The translations under genes were made by a program, and so were the position numbers. This document shows, in pieces, positions 63,190 through 64,000 of a DNA stretch of 64,000 nt. The stretch is taken from positions 1 through 64,000 of the forward strand of contig RBZT01000234.1 in assembly GCA_003693705.1 (NCBI GenBank), written 5' to 3'. Source of the DNA: Polymyxa betae A26-41 (taxonomy: Eukaryota > Protista > Endomyxa: Phytomyxea). Position 1 is the stretch's first letter. Each line of letters opens with the position of its first letter. The notes under the pieces were generated by a model. It searched no databases. It saw nothing but the letters and a program-made list of their open reading frames with translations, and had not been told where the DNA came from.

Positions 63190-64000
63190 TAAAAGTTAAA
63201 TAAAGCAAGCGTTTAAAGCAAAATTTGTGCGGGAGGGAATTAAACCTGCTCGCTTTGAAACAAAAGCAATCTATAATCAAACTCGATATGACACGCCAAT
63301 CACTTCGTGGGCGACTGTTGGAGGATGCTGAACAGTGCTTTCTGCTGCTCTGCATGCAATATGCCATATCTCGCAATAGGAACCGTCATCGCGCTGATAG
63401 GTTAAAGCAAACTTGCCAATAAACTGATACAGTTTATTGCTGTGCTTCGTCACGTTGGAAACTCCATTTGTTTTGATTTTACACAGAATCATTCCTGTTT
63501 AGGTTCGAAATGTCGCGCCTCGTCGCAGGTTGCCTAGAGACCTGGGAGGTATAGGAATCTGAGGAAGAAGTTCGATGCTGTGCGATGCCCTTTAATAAAG
63601 AAATAGAAGAACAACAACCTACAACCGGTAGTACGTAATACTTGAAATATATGCATTGAACATTATAAAAGCTGAAAATGTTGAAGGATAGAGCCAATAT
63701 AATTACGGACGAAAATGAAGCAGATGTCAATTAAGTTTAGAACGTCATATGACTATAAAAGATCATAGTTAGTTCTATCAATTCGAAGATTAAGGAGTTT
63801 TAGAAAGAGAAGAAGGGCGAAAGCAATAACGACACTGCCAGAGGTACTAACTCCATCATTGCATTGTCATCGATGAAGGATAGTTTGGGATATTCGGCAG
63901 CTACGCTTAAAGGTCCCATAATGGCAACCAGCCACCAGACCGCTTCCCGAATCGTAGCTCCAATCGCAGCCCAAATCGCCCAAACGGCCACAGTCGCGAT

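Noticed and set aside
63480-64000. Partial membrane-protein gene at the window end
   Set aside because: Hydrophobic ORF is truncated by the window edge and has no identifiable motif.

Overview
Gene-dense eukaryotic DNA with very short (about 45-60 nt) GT-AG introns, flagellar genes (IFT139/TTC21B, DRC10/IQCD) and interstitial TTT(T)AGGG telomere-type repeats. This combination is most consistent with a plasmodiophorid (Phytomyxea, Rhizaria) such as Spongospora or Polymyxa; the taxon is inferred, not proven. About 28 gene models are supportable. The left end (1-6.5 kb) is accessory-like, with a decayed secreted bacterial-type Dcp peptidase, a 1.08-kb Mutator-like element (about 100-bp TIRs, 9-bp TSD), a small secreted His/Asp-rich protein and an orphan ORF. 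Recognisable genes in order: mitochondrial intermediate peptidase, LRR single-pass membrane protein, TTC21B, CAP59-type mannosyltransferase, FBXO9-like, PIN (Swt1-like), small secreted Cys-rich protein, PP2A-A, SLX4, CAMK-type kinase, Zim17/HEP1, DRC10, a giant Sfi1-repeat + GAS2-domain gene, HPP protein, soluble transhydrogenase SthA with a mitochondrial-type presequence, NAA60-like GNAT, tyrosinase, DENN + BAR-like protein and Yippee. The most unusual locus is the 9.7-kb Sfi1-GAS2 gene. It has introns built from telomeric repeats and a strong GTAAC/CAGTACG oligonucleotide overprint. Exon boundaries were read by eye, so outer coordinates of multi-exon genes are approximate.
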